Of a stretch of DNA of 34,814 nucleotides, positions 8,273 through 15,641 are shown piece after piece. Each line of letters opens with the position of its first letter. Position 1 is the first letter of the stretch. The notes under the pieces were generated by a model. The model worked only from the letters and a program-made list of their open reading frames with translations. It was not told where the DNA came from and ran no database searches. Both the position numbers and the translations under genes were made by a program. Location of the stretch: contig JALRLN010000003.1 of NCBI GenBank assembly GCA_023254445.1, positions 1 to 34,814 of the forward strand, read 5' to 3'. This DNA is from Candidatus Poseidoniaceae archaeon. GTDB taxonomy: Archaea > Thermoplasmatota > Poseidoniia > Poseidoniales > Poseidoniaceae.

Positions 8273-10828
8273 ATGGATGCACCCTCCATCGTCTTCGGCT
8301 TCCGGCCGACGGTGTTGGTTGGTCTCTTGCTGGCCACGTCCATCGCGGCCGTCTTTTGGCGAATCCTCGTTCCACGCCAACTCCAAGGCCTTCGTGTGGC
8401 CTTTCCAACCGGCACACGAAGGTACGAAGTGCATAGAGTCACCCAAAGCGTCGACGAAGCCCGCCGTTTGTTGGCCACGTCCGGGATGCGGCTCGGCGTG
8501 AGCGCCTACCTCATGGCGCTTGTCGGTGCATTGCTGCTGATTGTCGAGATCCTGCTGATGAACGGGGGCGTGCAGGAGGGCCTGTCCGCCGTCAACCTCG
8601 GACTGGCCATGCTCCTCATCGGTTTCACGTCGCTGACGTCCATCGGTGCCGCCCTTTCTGCCATGTTCCTGCCTTCAATCGGGCTTCAAAGGGCCAGCCT
8701 GCAGCACAACGACCCCAAACGACGACGGAGTTCCGTCCTGCTGTTCTTCGGTTGGATGTCGTTGACCGGCATGGCGTGGTGGGGGATGGCTGGCGTCGAA
8801 TCGTCATGGCGAACGAGCGTGACCCTGGTCGTGGCGCTGACACCACCTGTGTTGGCATACGGTCGAGTGCTTGGCTCATCGTGGCACGCCATGCGGTTCG
8901 AGCACGCTCGGATGGCTGTCGGGAAAACGTCCCCTTTCCGAGGGACGTCCCCCAAACCTCGGCAGCAAGCCTTCGCAATGATCGTCAACATCAACCTCAT
9001 CGCGATGCCGTTGGTCGCCCTGAACACCTTGGTGACCCTCGTCATGATGTTGGCCACACCTGATGTGTTCGTTCACTCGGAGGCCGTGGTTTCACTCCCA
9101 GAGTACACGGCGCAAGCCACGGTGATGGAAGAAGGCGGCTTCCTTGGATTTTGGATGATTGAGGGATTGTCGGGCATCGACGACGCTGCCATCCGGGCTC
9201 CACTTGTTGCCTGCGTTCTGCTGTTCCTTTTGCTCAACGTGGCCATCGTCGGGCTGCTGTTTGTGTACGAAGTCGCCCGCATCATGTTCCTCGACCTGGC
9301 GGAGGTCTCTGGGCGGGGCGGCATCCGCATCACGGACAGCCGGTTGCTGAGGGCGGAGCGGAGTCAGCAAGCAAAGGTCCTGAACTTCTGCTTCACGGGC
9401 TTTGCCGGTCAATCCATGCTCCTTGTGGCCTTGGCTGCCTTGACGTTTTGGGATTCCATCAACCTGCCTTCGGGTGCTGCATGCGGCGCGTGGGAACAGA
9501 CCGTCTGCCATGTGGTTGAGAAAGACGCAATGGAGTCCCTGACATGGATGCTGTCTGCTGGAGGGCAGGTTGCCTTCTTGGCGGTCTGGGCGCGTTCGTT
9601 TCGTGTCGGTCAGCACCTCCCGAGCATCGCGTTTGACGCAGCGGCAGGGGACGACCGGGAGCGTCTTGAATCCATGGAGGACATGATCTACCTCCGTCGA
9701 GGAGGATGGTTTTCGAGCCTGGCAAAGGACGAATGGAGCAGCACCCTCGAACGCTTTGAGGACGAATCGCACCAGTCCGTCAGCGCAGGATTGGAGGGGA
9801 TTGAGCTAAGCCGCCGAACGATGGCGAGGATGCAGGTGTTCGCCGCCCTTGGTCGATGGTCCGAGGCAGAAGAAGAAGCCATCTCGCTGATTGCCCTTTC
9901 CGCCCGTCGATCAGGCCACCATGCGAACGCCTTGCTCGCTGCCGCTTCCCTTGCGCAACGCGATTTCCCAGAAGCCCGGTCACGGTTGGCCACCCTCGCG
10001 GACGGCGACCTCACAACCAATCGACTCCGTTGGTTTTTGGCCGTGTGTCAGCCCCGCGCCACCTCGATTGACCCAGACATGCTTGCGTCCCTCATGGTGG
10101 ACCCCGTGACCCGCATGAACATCGAATTCTTGGAGCGCACAGCGGCCGGCATCGCAGAGGGTCCACGGCCAAAGCGTGACGGTGCCATGGCCCGGCGTTC
10201 CCTCCTTGGTGATGCCGCTCGCCTTCGACTTGAGGGGGCTTCGGACCGTGCGTTGAGCCTGATTGAAGACCACGTCGAGCGCTTCAACCTCTCACCAATG
10301 GAATGGCTCCATGGGCACGCGGTCCGGATCCTCCTCCACCTCGACGAGGGTCGAGTTGCCACTGCAGGCTCGCTTGCGCTGGCTTTGCCGCATGAGGCTT
10401 CCCGCCACCCGCATTACCGCGTCGCCCTCAACGCGTTGGCAGCGGTTGGGCAAGGAAGGCCTCCTGCAAGCGAACCAACTGGCATGACGTGGATCGACGA
10501 AGCCGTTGGCGATTGGATTCAAGCATGGCCGTCCCGTCACGAAGTGGCCGTCGGTCCTGTGTGGACGACCCGAAGCCTTCGTACCCACGCATGGGAGGCC
10601 AATCCATGGGTGCTTCACGACGCGCGGGGTCAAGCATCGACCATGCTGAGGCACATTGGACGCCCTGCGTCAAAGGTGCAATCGGAACTTTCTGGACGGG
10701 CACCGCCCAAAGGCCTGCACATGCACTTGTCTGGGGTGTTGGTGGACGTCGGTGGCTACCCGCTCGACCTTGGTTTGCCGGGACGTGTGGACCACGACGC
10801 CGTGCGGAAGGCTGGGTTGCTGGGCTGA
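8273..10828 (+). CDS. Hypothetical large membrane protein: about 9 TM helices followed by a TPR-like helical cytoplasmic domain
   Basis: About 850-aa ORF with multiple hydrophobic segments in the N-terminal half, then helical repeats such as 'ALGRWSEAEEEA', 'AQRDFPEARSRL', 'DEGRVATAGSLA'. No family recognised. Confidence 0.75.
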   Translation: MDAPSIVFGFRPTVLVGLLLATSIAAVFWRILVPRQLQGLRVAFPTGTRRYEVHRVTQSVDEARRLLATSGMRLGVSAYLMALVGALLLIVEILLMNGGVQEGLSAVNLGLAMLLIGFTSLTSIGAALSAMFLPSIGLQRASLQHNDPKRRRSSVLLFFGWMSLTGMAWWGMAGVESSWRTSVTLVVALTPPVLAYGRVLGSSWHAMRFEHARMAVGKTSPFRGTSPKPRQQAFAMIVNINLIAMPLVALNTLVTLVMMLATPDVFVHSEAVVSLPEYTAQATVMEEGGFLGFWMIEGLSGIDDAAIRAPLVACVLLFLLLNVAIVGLLFVYEVARIMFLDLAEVSGRGGIRITDSRLLRAERSQQAKVLNFCFTGFAGQSMLLVALAALTFWDSINLPSGAACGAWEQTVCHVVEKDAMESLTWMLSAGGQVAFLAVWARSFRVGQHLPSIAFDAAAGDDRERLESMEDMIYLRRGGWFSSLAKDEWSSTLERFEDESHQSVSAGLEGIELSRRTMARMQVFAALGRWSEAEEEAISLIALSARRSGHHANALLAAASLAQRDFPEARSRLATLADGDLTTNRLRWFLAVCQPRATSIDPDMLASLMVDPVTRMNIEFLERTAAGIAEGPRPKRDGAMARRSLLGDAARLRLEGASDRALSLIEDHVERFNLSPMEWLHGHAVRILLHLDEGRVATAGSLALALPHEASRHPHYRVALNALAAVGQGRPPASEPTGMTWIDEAVGDWIQAWPSRHEVAVGPVWTTRSLRTHAWEANPWVLHDARGQASTMLRHIGRPASKVQSELSGRAPPKGLHMHLSGVLVDVGGYPLDLGLPGRVDHDAVRKAGLLG

Positions 10829-12676
10829 TCAGCAACGACGGCGAAGGCGTTCCATCGCCGCATCGGCCTCGCTGAGCGCGCTCAGCGCCTGTTCGGTGGC
10901 CGCGGTCCGGATGGCCTGCTCCGCATCACCGAGATGGCGCTCAACGGCGAGGCGGTCTTCATCGCCCACACCGAGTCCTGCAGCGTGAGCACGTGGCCGC
11001 AAGGAGGCCCATTCTTCTCGAAGGAAGGCGTGCAGTTGGTCGGCTTCGCCAAGATCACGGTCAAGGGCCGCAAGGTCTGCGGTAAGGGCATCGAGACGAC
11101 GTCGTGCGAGGGTCCATTCCTTCGCTTCGGTCGCTTCTTCGACCGCCGTCAGCCGCTCAAGCCATGATGCTTGGTCCTCGAAGCCTTCGAGGCGCTGGAC
11201 GATGCTCGACTTTTGGCGCAAACCACGGCGAACCGCGTCCATCGCTTCACGTTCGACCGTGAGGCTTCGGCGCACGCCTTCGGCCAACCCGGCGGCTTGA
11301 CGCCCGTCGCCTTCAGCCAAGGCTGCGTCTGCTGCATCGAGGCGTTCTCGGTGAGGTTGGAGGTTCAGTCCATCGGCCGCTTCCAGAGCACGCCTGGCCT
11401 CGGAGAGCACACCCTGAGCGTCCTCCAAGGCTCCGGCTTCGGCGTCGAGTTGTGCGGGGATGGCTGAAGCGAGCACGTGGGCCTTTTCTGGGGCTTCCCG
11501 GAGCATGAAGCGTCGTGCCTCGTCAAGGGCTTCCTTGAGGGCAGCAACGTGGCTCCCCGAAGCGTTGCTGATGGCCATGGACGCCGTTTCAATGGCCGCT
11601 TCCGCTTTCGACCACCACGCGATGATGTCCAAGGCGCGGCGCTTGGCTTGACGAAACAAGGCTTCACCCTCGCGAAGCGAGCCGAGTTCGACTTCTCGCC
11701 GCGCCGCGTCAAAGAGGCTGCGTGGTTTTCGAGCGTTGGGTGCAACCGATGCTGCTTCGTCAACGGCGGCGAGGGCATCCGCCTCGATGGCCACCACGTC
11801 GTGCTCAAGGGAGATGGTTCGTTCGATGTCTTCCTCGGCGTCGTCCAACAACCGCATGCCGTGCTCAGGCTCGGTGTACCCTTCAGCCGCTGCTGTCCTG
11901 AGGAGGCTTGCTGCTTGGTCCACCCTGCGTCCGCTTGCTCGCAGTTCCAACAGGCGTCGTTCCAGCCCATCGAGGCGAAGGTGGAAGGCCTTGCGCAATC
12001 CGCGGTGCTCGTCTTCAATGAACCATGACCGAGCCGCCAGACCGCTTGCAAGGAGGGTGACGGAAGCACCAATCAGATCGTTTACGGAACCCGTATTTGT
12101 GCGAAGTCCGAACCACAACGACGCAGTGAGCACCGCTCCAAGACCAGTCAGGAGGGCCCGATACCGTGCTGCTTTGAAGCCCCGCCCGGTACCGTGGTGG
12201 GCCGTACGGAACACCATGCCGGCAAGGCAGACCAGCACAGCCATGGAGGCGATTCGCTCTGTTGCTGGCACGTCGACGTGCTGAAACGCCAGGAAAAGCA
12301 TCGGGGCCCAGGCAACGCTGGCGGCCGTGACCGCGCGCGCGGTGGCGTCTGCCTCATCGCTCGCGTGGTCGTGCACAAGGCTCCCGAAAATCAGGACGAG
12401 TGCAGGGACGCCGAGTGCGGCAAGCGGGGCGCCTTGCCCGTTGAGGACCGATTCGATGCCGGGCCATCCCAACCAAAAGGCGGCAGCAAGGGTGGCCAAC
12501 GTGACGATCATCGCCAACTGCCCGAGGTGAGATTCACGCCGTTGGCGCTCCGCATCAAGCGCGGCCTCAAGGTCAAACCATGCGTCCACGGGCGTGGCTT
12601 CGTGCCATACGGCATGAACCTTGGTCAACAGCGGACCGGAGGAGGGCGCCTCGGAATGTTCATGGGTGGACCCCAT
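10829..12676 (-). CDS. Hypothetical membrane-anchored coiled-coil/helical-bundle repeat protein
   Basis: About 6 TM segments followed by about 390 aa of A/E/L/R-rich helices. Start moved to ATG 12676 (MGSTHEHS) to avoid overlap with pyrB. Confidence 0.75.
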   Translation of the reverse strand: MGSTHEHSEAPSSGPLLTKVHAVWHEATPVDAWFDLEAALDAERQRRESHLGQLAMIVTLATLAAAFWLGWPGIESVLNGQGAPLAALGVPALVLIFGSLVHDHASDEADATARAVTAASVAWAPMLFLAFQHVDVPATERIASMAVLVCLAGMVFRTAHHGTGRGFKAARYRALLTGLGAVLTASLWFGLRTNTGSVNDLIGASVTLLASGLAARSWFIEDEHRGLRKAFHLRLDGLERRLLELRASGRRVDQAASLLRTAAAEGYTEPEHGMRLLDDAEEDIERTISLEHDVVAIEADALAAVDEAASVAPNARKPRSLFDAARREVELGSLREGEALFRQAKRRALDIIAWWSKAEAAIETASMAISNASGSHVAALKEALDEARRFMLREAPEKAHVLASAIPAQLDAEAGALEDAQGVLSEARRALEAADGLNLQPHRERLDAADAALAEGDGRQAAGLAEGVRRSLTVEREAMDAVRRGLRQKSSIVQRLEGFEDQASWLERLTAVEEATEAKEWTLARRRLDALTADLAALDRDLGEADQLHAFLREEWASLRPRAHAAGLGVGDEDRLAVERHLGDAEQAIRTAATEQALSALSEADAAMERLRRRC

Positions 12677-12698
12677 CGACAACAAGCGAGGGTCAACC

Positions 12699-13631
12699 AT
12701 GGTCGGTCTCATCACGATGGAGGACCTGAGCAACGAAGACGTCATTGAGGTGCTCGACGCAGCCGAACGCCTGTTGCCCGTGGCCCGCGGTGAATCCTAC
12801 CTTCCGCTCTTGCAAGGTCGAATCTTGGGCAACTTGTTTTTCGAGCCGAGCACGAGGACAAGGATGTCGTTTGAAACCGCCATGAAGCGACTGGGGGGGG
12901 ACGTCGTCAACCTCGGTGACGTCAGCACGTCTTCGGTGGTGAAAGGCGAAACCCTGTTTGACACCGTTCAGATGGTCGACGGTTATACCGACATCATCGC
13001 TCTGAGGCACCCTCGCCAAGGCGCGGCCCGGTACGCGCAGGACGCCGCTCGTGTTCCCGTGTTGAATGGAGGCGACGGGGCTGGGCACCACCCCACGCAG
13101 ACCATGCTCGATTTGTTCACCATCCGCCAAGCGCACGGTCGGCTCGAGGGCCTCGATGTTGTGCTCGCGGGGGACCTTCGCTACGGCCGAACCGTGCATT
13201 CCCTCTCGCACGCTTTGGTTCGGTTTGGTTGCCGAGTCGTGCTCGCCAGTCCAGAACTGCTCAGGATGCCTTCCGAGATTGTCGAGGACCTTCGCGCGAG
13301 CGGAGGTGACGTGACGGAGACCACGGACCTGCACGCGAGCCTCGCCACCGCGGACGTCGTTTACATGACTCGGATTCAAAAAGAGCGGTTTGCGGACGAG
13401 GACGAGTACACCAAGGTGGCCGGCGCCTACAAGTTGCACGCCAGAGACCTTGCGGACGTGCGTTCAGACATGATCGTGATGCACCCGCTTCCACGCGTGG
13501 ACGAAATCCACCCAAGCGTGGACAGCACCCGACACGCGAAATACTTCGAACAGGCCTTCAACGGCGTGGTGACGAGGATGGCCTTGCTTTGCAGGTTGCT
13601 TGGTGTGGACGTTCCAGGAGGTGAGGCGTGA
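12699..13631 (+). CDS. pyrB: Aspartate carbamoyltransferase catalytic subunit
   Basis: 'FFEPSTRT', 'KGETL', 'NGGDG..HHPTQ', 'GDLRYGRTVHS', 'RIQKER', 'MHPLPR'. Start at ATG 12699 (MVGLIT). Confidence 0.97.
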   Translation: MVGLITMEDLSNEDVIEVLDAAERLLPVARGESYLPLLQGRILGNLFFEPSTRTRMSFETAMKRLGGDVVNLGDVSTSSVVKGETLFDTVQMVDGYTDIIALRHPRQGAARYAQDAARVPVLNGGDGAGHHPTQTMLDLFTIRQAHGRLEGLDVVLAGDLRYGRTVHSLSHALVRFGCRVVLASPELLRMPSEIVEDLRASGGDVTETTDLHASLATADVVYMTRIQKERFADEDEYTKVAGAYKLHARDLADVRSDMIVMHPLPRVDEIHPSVDSTRHAKYFEQAFNGVVTRMALLCRLLGVDVPGGEA

Positions 13632-14107
13632 TGTCGAACGAAAGCAGCATGCGTCGCGTGACAGCGATTCGAAACGGAACGGTGATCGATCACATCCCTG
13701 CAGGAGGGGCCTTGCGCGTGCTGGACCTGCTCGGCCTTCGTGACGGAGCGTCCGTGCCCGTTTCCCTCGTCATGAACGTGCCCTCCAAGAAATTAGGCTC
13801 GAAGGACATCATCAAGGTCGAAGACCGAGAATTGACCGGTGACGAACTCGCCCGTTTGGCCTTGGTGGCTGCATCGGCAAGCGTCGCCATCATTCGGGCG
13901 TACACCGTCGCGGAAAAGCGCGAGATCTCCCTTGGTGACGAGGTGGTGAATGTCGTTCGATGCACGTTCTCCAACTGCATCACGCAGCATCCTCGTGAGC
14001 CCCTGCCCCACCGGCTGCGCGTGGTGGACCGTGCGGAGGTGCACCTGCGATGCCATTATTGTGGCCGTCCTCAGGACCTCGATGCGTTGGTGAAGAACGT
14101 CATCTGA
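13631..14107 (+). CDS. pyrI: Aspartate carbamoyltransferase regulatory subunit
   Basis: 'VTAIRNGTVIDHI', 'KDIIKVE', Zn ligands 'CTFSNCIT...CHYC'. RBS GGAGGTGA at 13617-13624. Confidence 0.96.
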   Translation: MSNESSMRRVTAIRNGTVIDHIPAGGALRVLDLLGLRDGASVPVSLVMNVPSKKLGSKDIIKVEDRELTGDELARLALVAASASVAIIRAYTVAEKREISLGDEVVNVVRCTFSNCITQHPREPLPHRLRVVDRAEVHLRCHYCGRPQDLDALVKNVI

Positions 14108-15062
14108 GCCCAAGGTGGCCTCGCATCTCGCACGCTTTGCACACGGGTCCTGACGAAGGCCCGTTGCAACGTTGGCACGCGTTGACGTGGTGTTCAGGCT
14201 CGCCAGATTCGGCGAGCGATCGAATCGCATCCAAGGTGCGCACCAAGCCATGTCGGGTGCCAGGGCGCTCCTCTTCGAGTTGAGCGACGGTTTCACGCAT
14301 CCTCCATCGTTGCGCTCCCTCAGCGTTCGGGCAGGTTTCATGGTGCATAGGGAGCCCACGATGCAAAGCGACAAGGTGCACCTCCTGTTCAGGAATCGGG
14401 CGAAGCGGGATGATGCGTGGAGCGAGCCCCTCTTCGACGCGGTGGGTGTGGGGCGCCATGCGCAGGCTGCGCTCCACTTCGCCAGCCACGAGGTTCATCA
14501 TCACCGTCTGAGCGACGTCGTCGAGGTTGTGGCCAAGGGCCACGACATCGGCACCGACGCGCTGAGCAAGTGCGTTGATGCCCTGCCGACGAAACACGCC
14601 ACAGTAGGCGCATGCCGTGGTGGGTGCGCCATCCTTCGTGCTTCGCCCCATGGCGTCCACCACGTCGTCCATGTCAAGGAACTCGAGATCCCTGAAGGCC
14701 ACGTGCTCAAAGCGCAGGCCGAGGTCTGCGCACAGTTGTCTCGCTGCTTCCATGGACGGCGGCCGGTACCCTTCAATGCCTTCATCGACACATCCCCCGA
14801 TCAACGTCACGTCGGGCCGCTGACCGAGCAGGTCGTGCAGCATGGAAAGCAGCACCGCAGAATCCTTACCTCCAGAGATCGCCACCAAAATCGTCGTATG
14901 GCGGCCATCGAGGTGGAGTTGTTGCCGGAGTTCTTTCCCGACCTTCTTTCGGACGGAGCGGTCGAGATGACGTCCGCAGTACCTGCGACCGGAATAGCGC
15001 TGATGGACGATGGCGGGCGCTGCGCAAGCGTCGCAACCCGGTACGTCGAAGGCACGCTCCAC
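14100..15062 (-). CDS. tRNA 2-thiolation protein, TtuA/NcsA/Ctu1 (TIGR00269-type)
   Basis: N-terminal CxxC..C..H Zn finger, PP-loop 'AISGGKDS', 'CAYCGVFRR', 'GHNLDD', 'CP', C-terminal 'CQRC...CKAC'. Confidence 0.9.
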   Translation of the reverse strand: MERAFDVPGCDACAAPAIVHQRYSGRRYCGRHLDRSVRKKVGKELRQQLHLDGRHTTILVAISGGKDSAVLLSMLHDLLGQRPDVTLIGGCVDEGIEGYRPPSMEAARQLCADLGLRFEHVAFRDLEFLDMDDVVDAMGRSTKDGAPTTACAYCGVFRRQGINALAQRVGADVVALGHNLDDVAQTVMMNLVAGEVERSLRMAPHTHRVEEGLAPRIIPLRPIPEQEVHLVALHRGLPMHHETCPNAEGAQRWRMRETVAQLEEERPGTRHGLVRTLDAIRSLAESGEPEHHVNACQRCNGPSSGPVCKACEMRGHLGLR

Positions 15063-15117
15063 GCCCGCCCATCGGGCGCCCCCTGATGAGGTGTGCGACC
15101 AGGGACGCCAAAATTTT

Positions 15118-15145
15118 GCAATTGAAAAATTGAATTCTCAATTGA
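15118..15145. promoter_or_regulatory. AT-rich imperfect palindrome, copy 2 (GCAATTGAAAA-ATTGAA-TTCTCAATTGA)
   Basis: 25/28 identical to 5360-5387, same orientation. Lies in the divergent intergenic region between the tRNA thiolase and the Roadblock operon. Confidence 0.6.
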
Positions 15146-15260
15146 AATACGAACCGCAGGAACTCCTGTCCCTATCTCCGTCGCGAACTCCCGCTCAGTC
15201 CTTCGGTTTCCAACGAGATCTGCTGAAGCATCCGTTCGGCTTCTGAATTGAACTCTCAAA
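15146..15260. other. Non-coding segment with several potential stems; candidate small RNA or cis element
   Basis: No credible ORF. Minus-strand stems GAAGC/GCTTC, ATCTCGTTG/CGACGGAGAT (one bulge), CAGG/CCTG. No RNA family recognised. Confidence 0.25.
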
Positions 15261-15323
15261 ACGTGCTCTTCCGCCGTTCCCACGGGAAAGGTCTTGAAGC
15301 CCGCCGTTGCGGGTGATGGCTCG

Positions 15324-15641
15324 ATGTCGACACGAGGCGCCGTGCTCAAGGCCTTCAAGCGCTGCAAAGGTGTTGACGAGGCCCTCCTCGTCGAACACGA
15401 TTCACCGCTCCCATCGCCGGACGACCAGATCGCACGTGCTGCGTTGGCCGTGGCGCAGGCGGCTGGCGTGGGGGCACTGGAGCATGTGCATCTCGCCGGT
15501 GATGCGGCGACGTCGATTTTCTTCGCGCCTCCTGGGCCGAGGGTGATGCTTCGCGGGGCCCCGGGCGGCCTCGGGGCATGGAGGTACACGCATGAACGCC
15601 ACCGTCCCATCCTCCAACACCTCGCGGAGGTGGATGCATGA
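15324..15641 (+). CDS. Small divergent Roadblock/LC7 (MglB-like) protein
   Basis: 105 aa: helix, 'KGVDEALLV', helix, 'GVGALEHVHLAGD', strands, 'GLGAWRY' helix. This follows the Roadblock pattern. ATGA overlap with the next gene. Confidence 0.55.
   Translation: MSTRGAVLKAFKRCKGVDEALLVEHDSPLPSPDDQIARAALAVAQAAGVGALEHVHLAGDAATSIFFAPPGPRVMLRGAPGGLGAWRYTHERHRPILQHLAEVDA

Noticed and set aside
15083..15110. CTGATGAG as a hammerhead ribozyme core or box C of a C/D sRNA
   Set aside because: No GAAA follows the putative stem II, and the nearest CTGA (box D) is about 140 nt away, too far for an archaeal C/D guide.
5360..15145. Integrated mobile element bounded by the two palindromes
   Set aside because: The enclosed genes are housekeeping (carboxylase subunits, pyrBI, tRNA thiolase), the left site splits a coherent operon, and no integrase or transposase is present.
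15118..15260. ATTGAAA-containing repeats as a CRISPR array
   Set aside because: Only one full and one partial copy locally, the spacing is about 118 nt, and there are no cas genes.
15146..15295. 5S rRNA, SRP RNA, RNase P RNA, or ORB origin boxes
   Set aside because: The conserved motifs of those RNAs are missing. ORB-like strings (GTTGGAAAC, GTTCCCACGGGAAAG) are weak and there is no adjacent cdc6/orc1.
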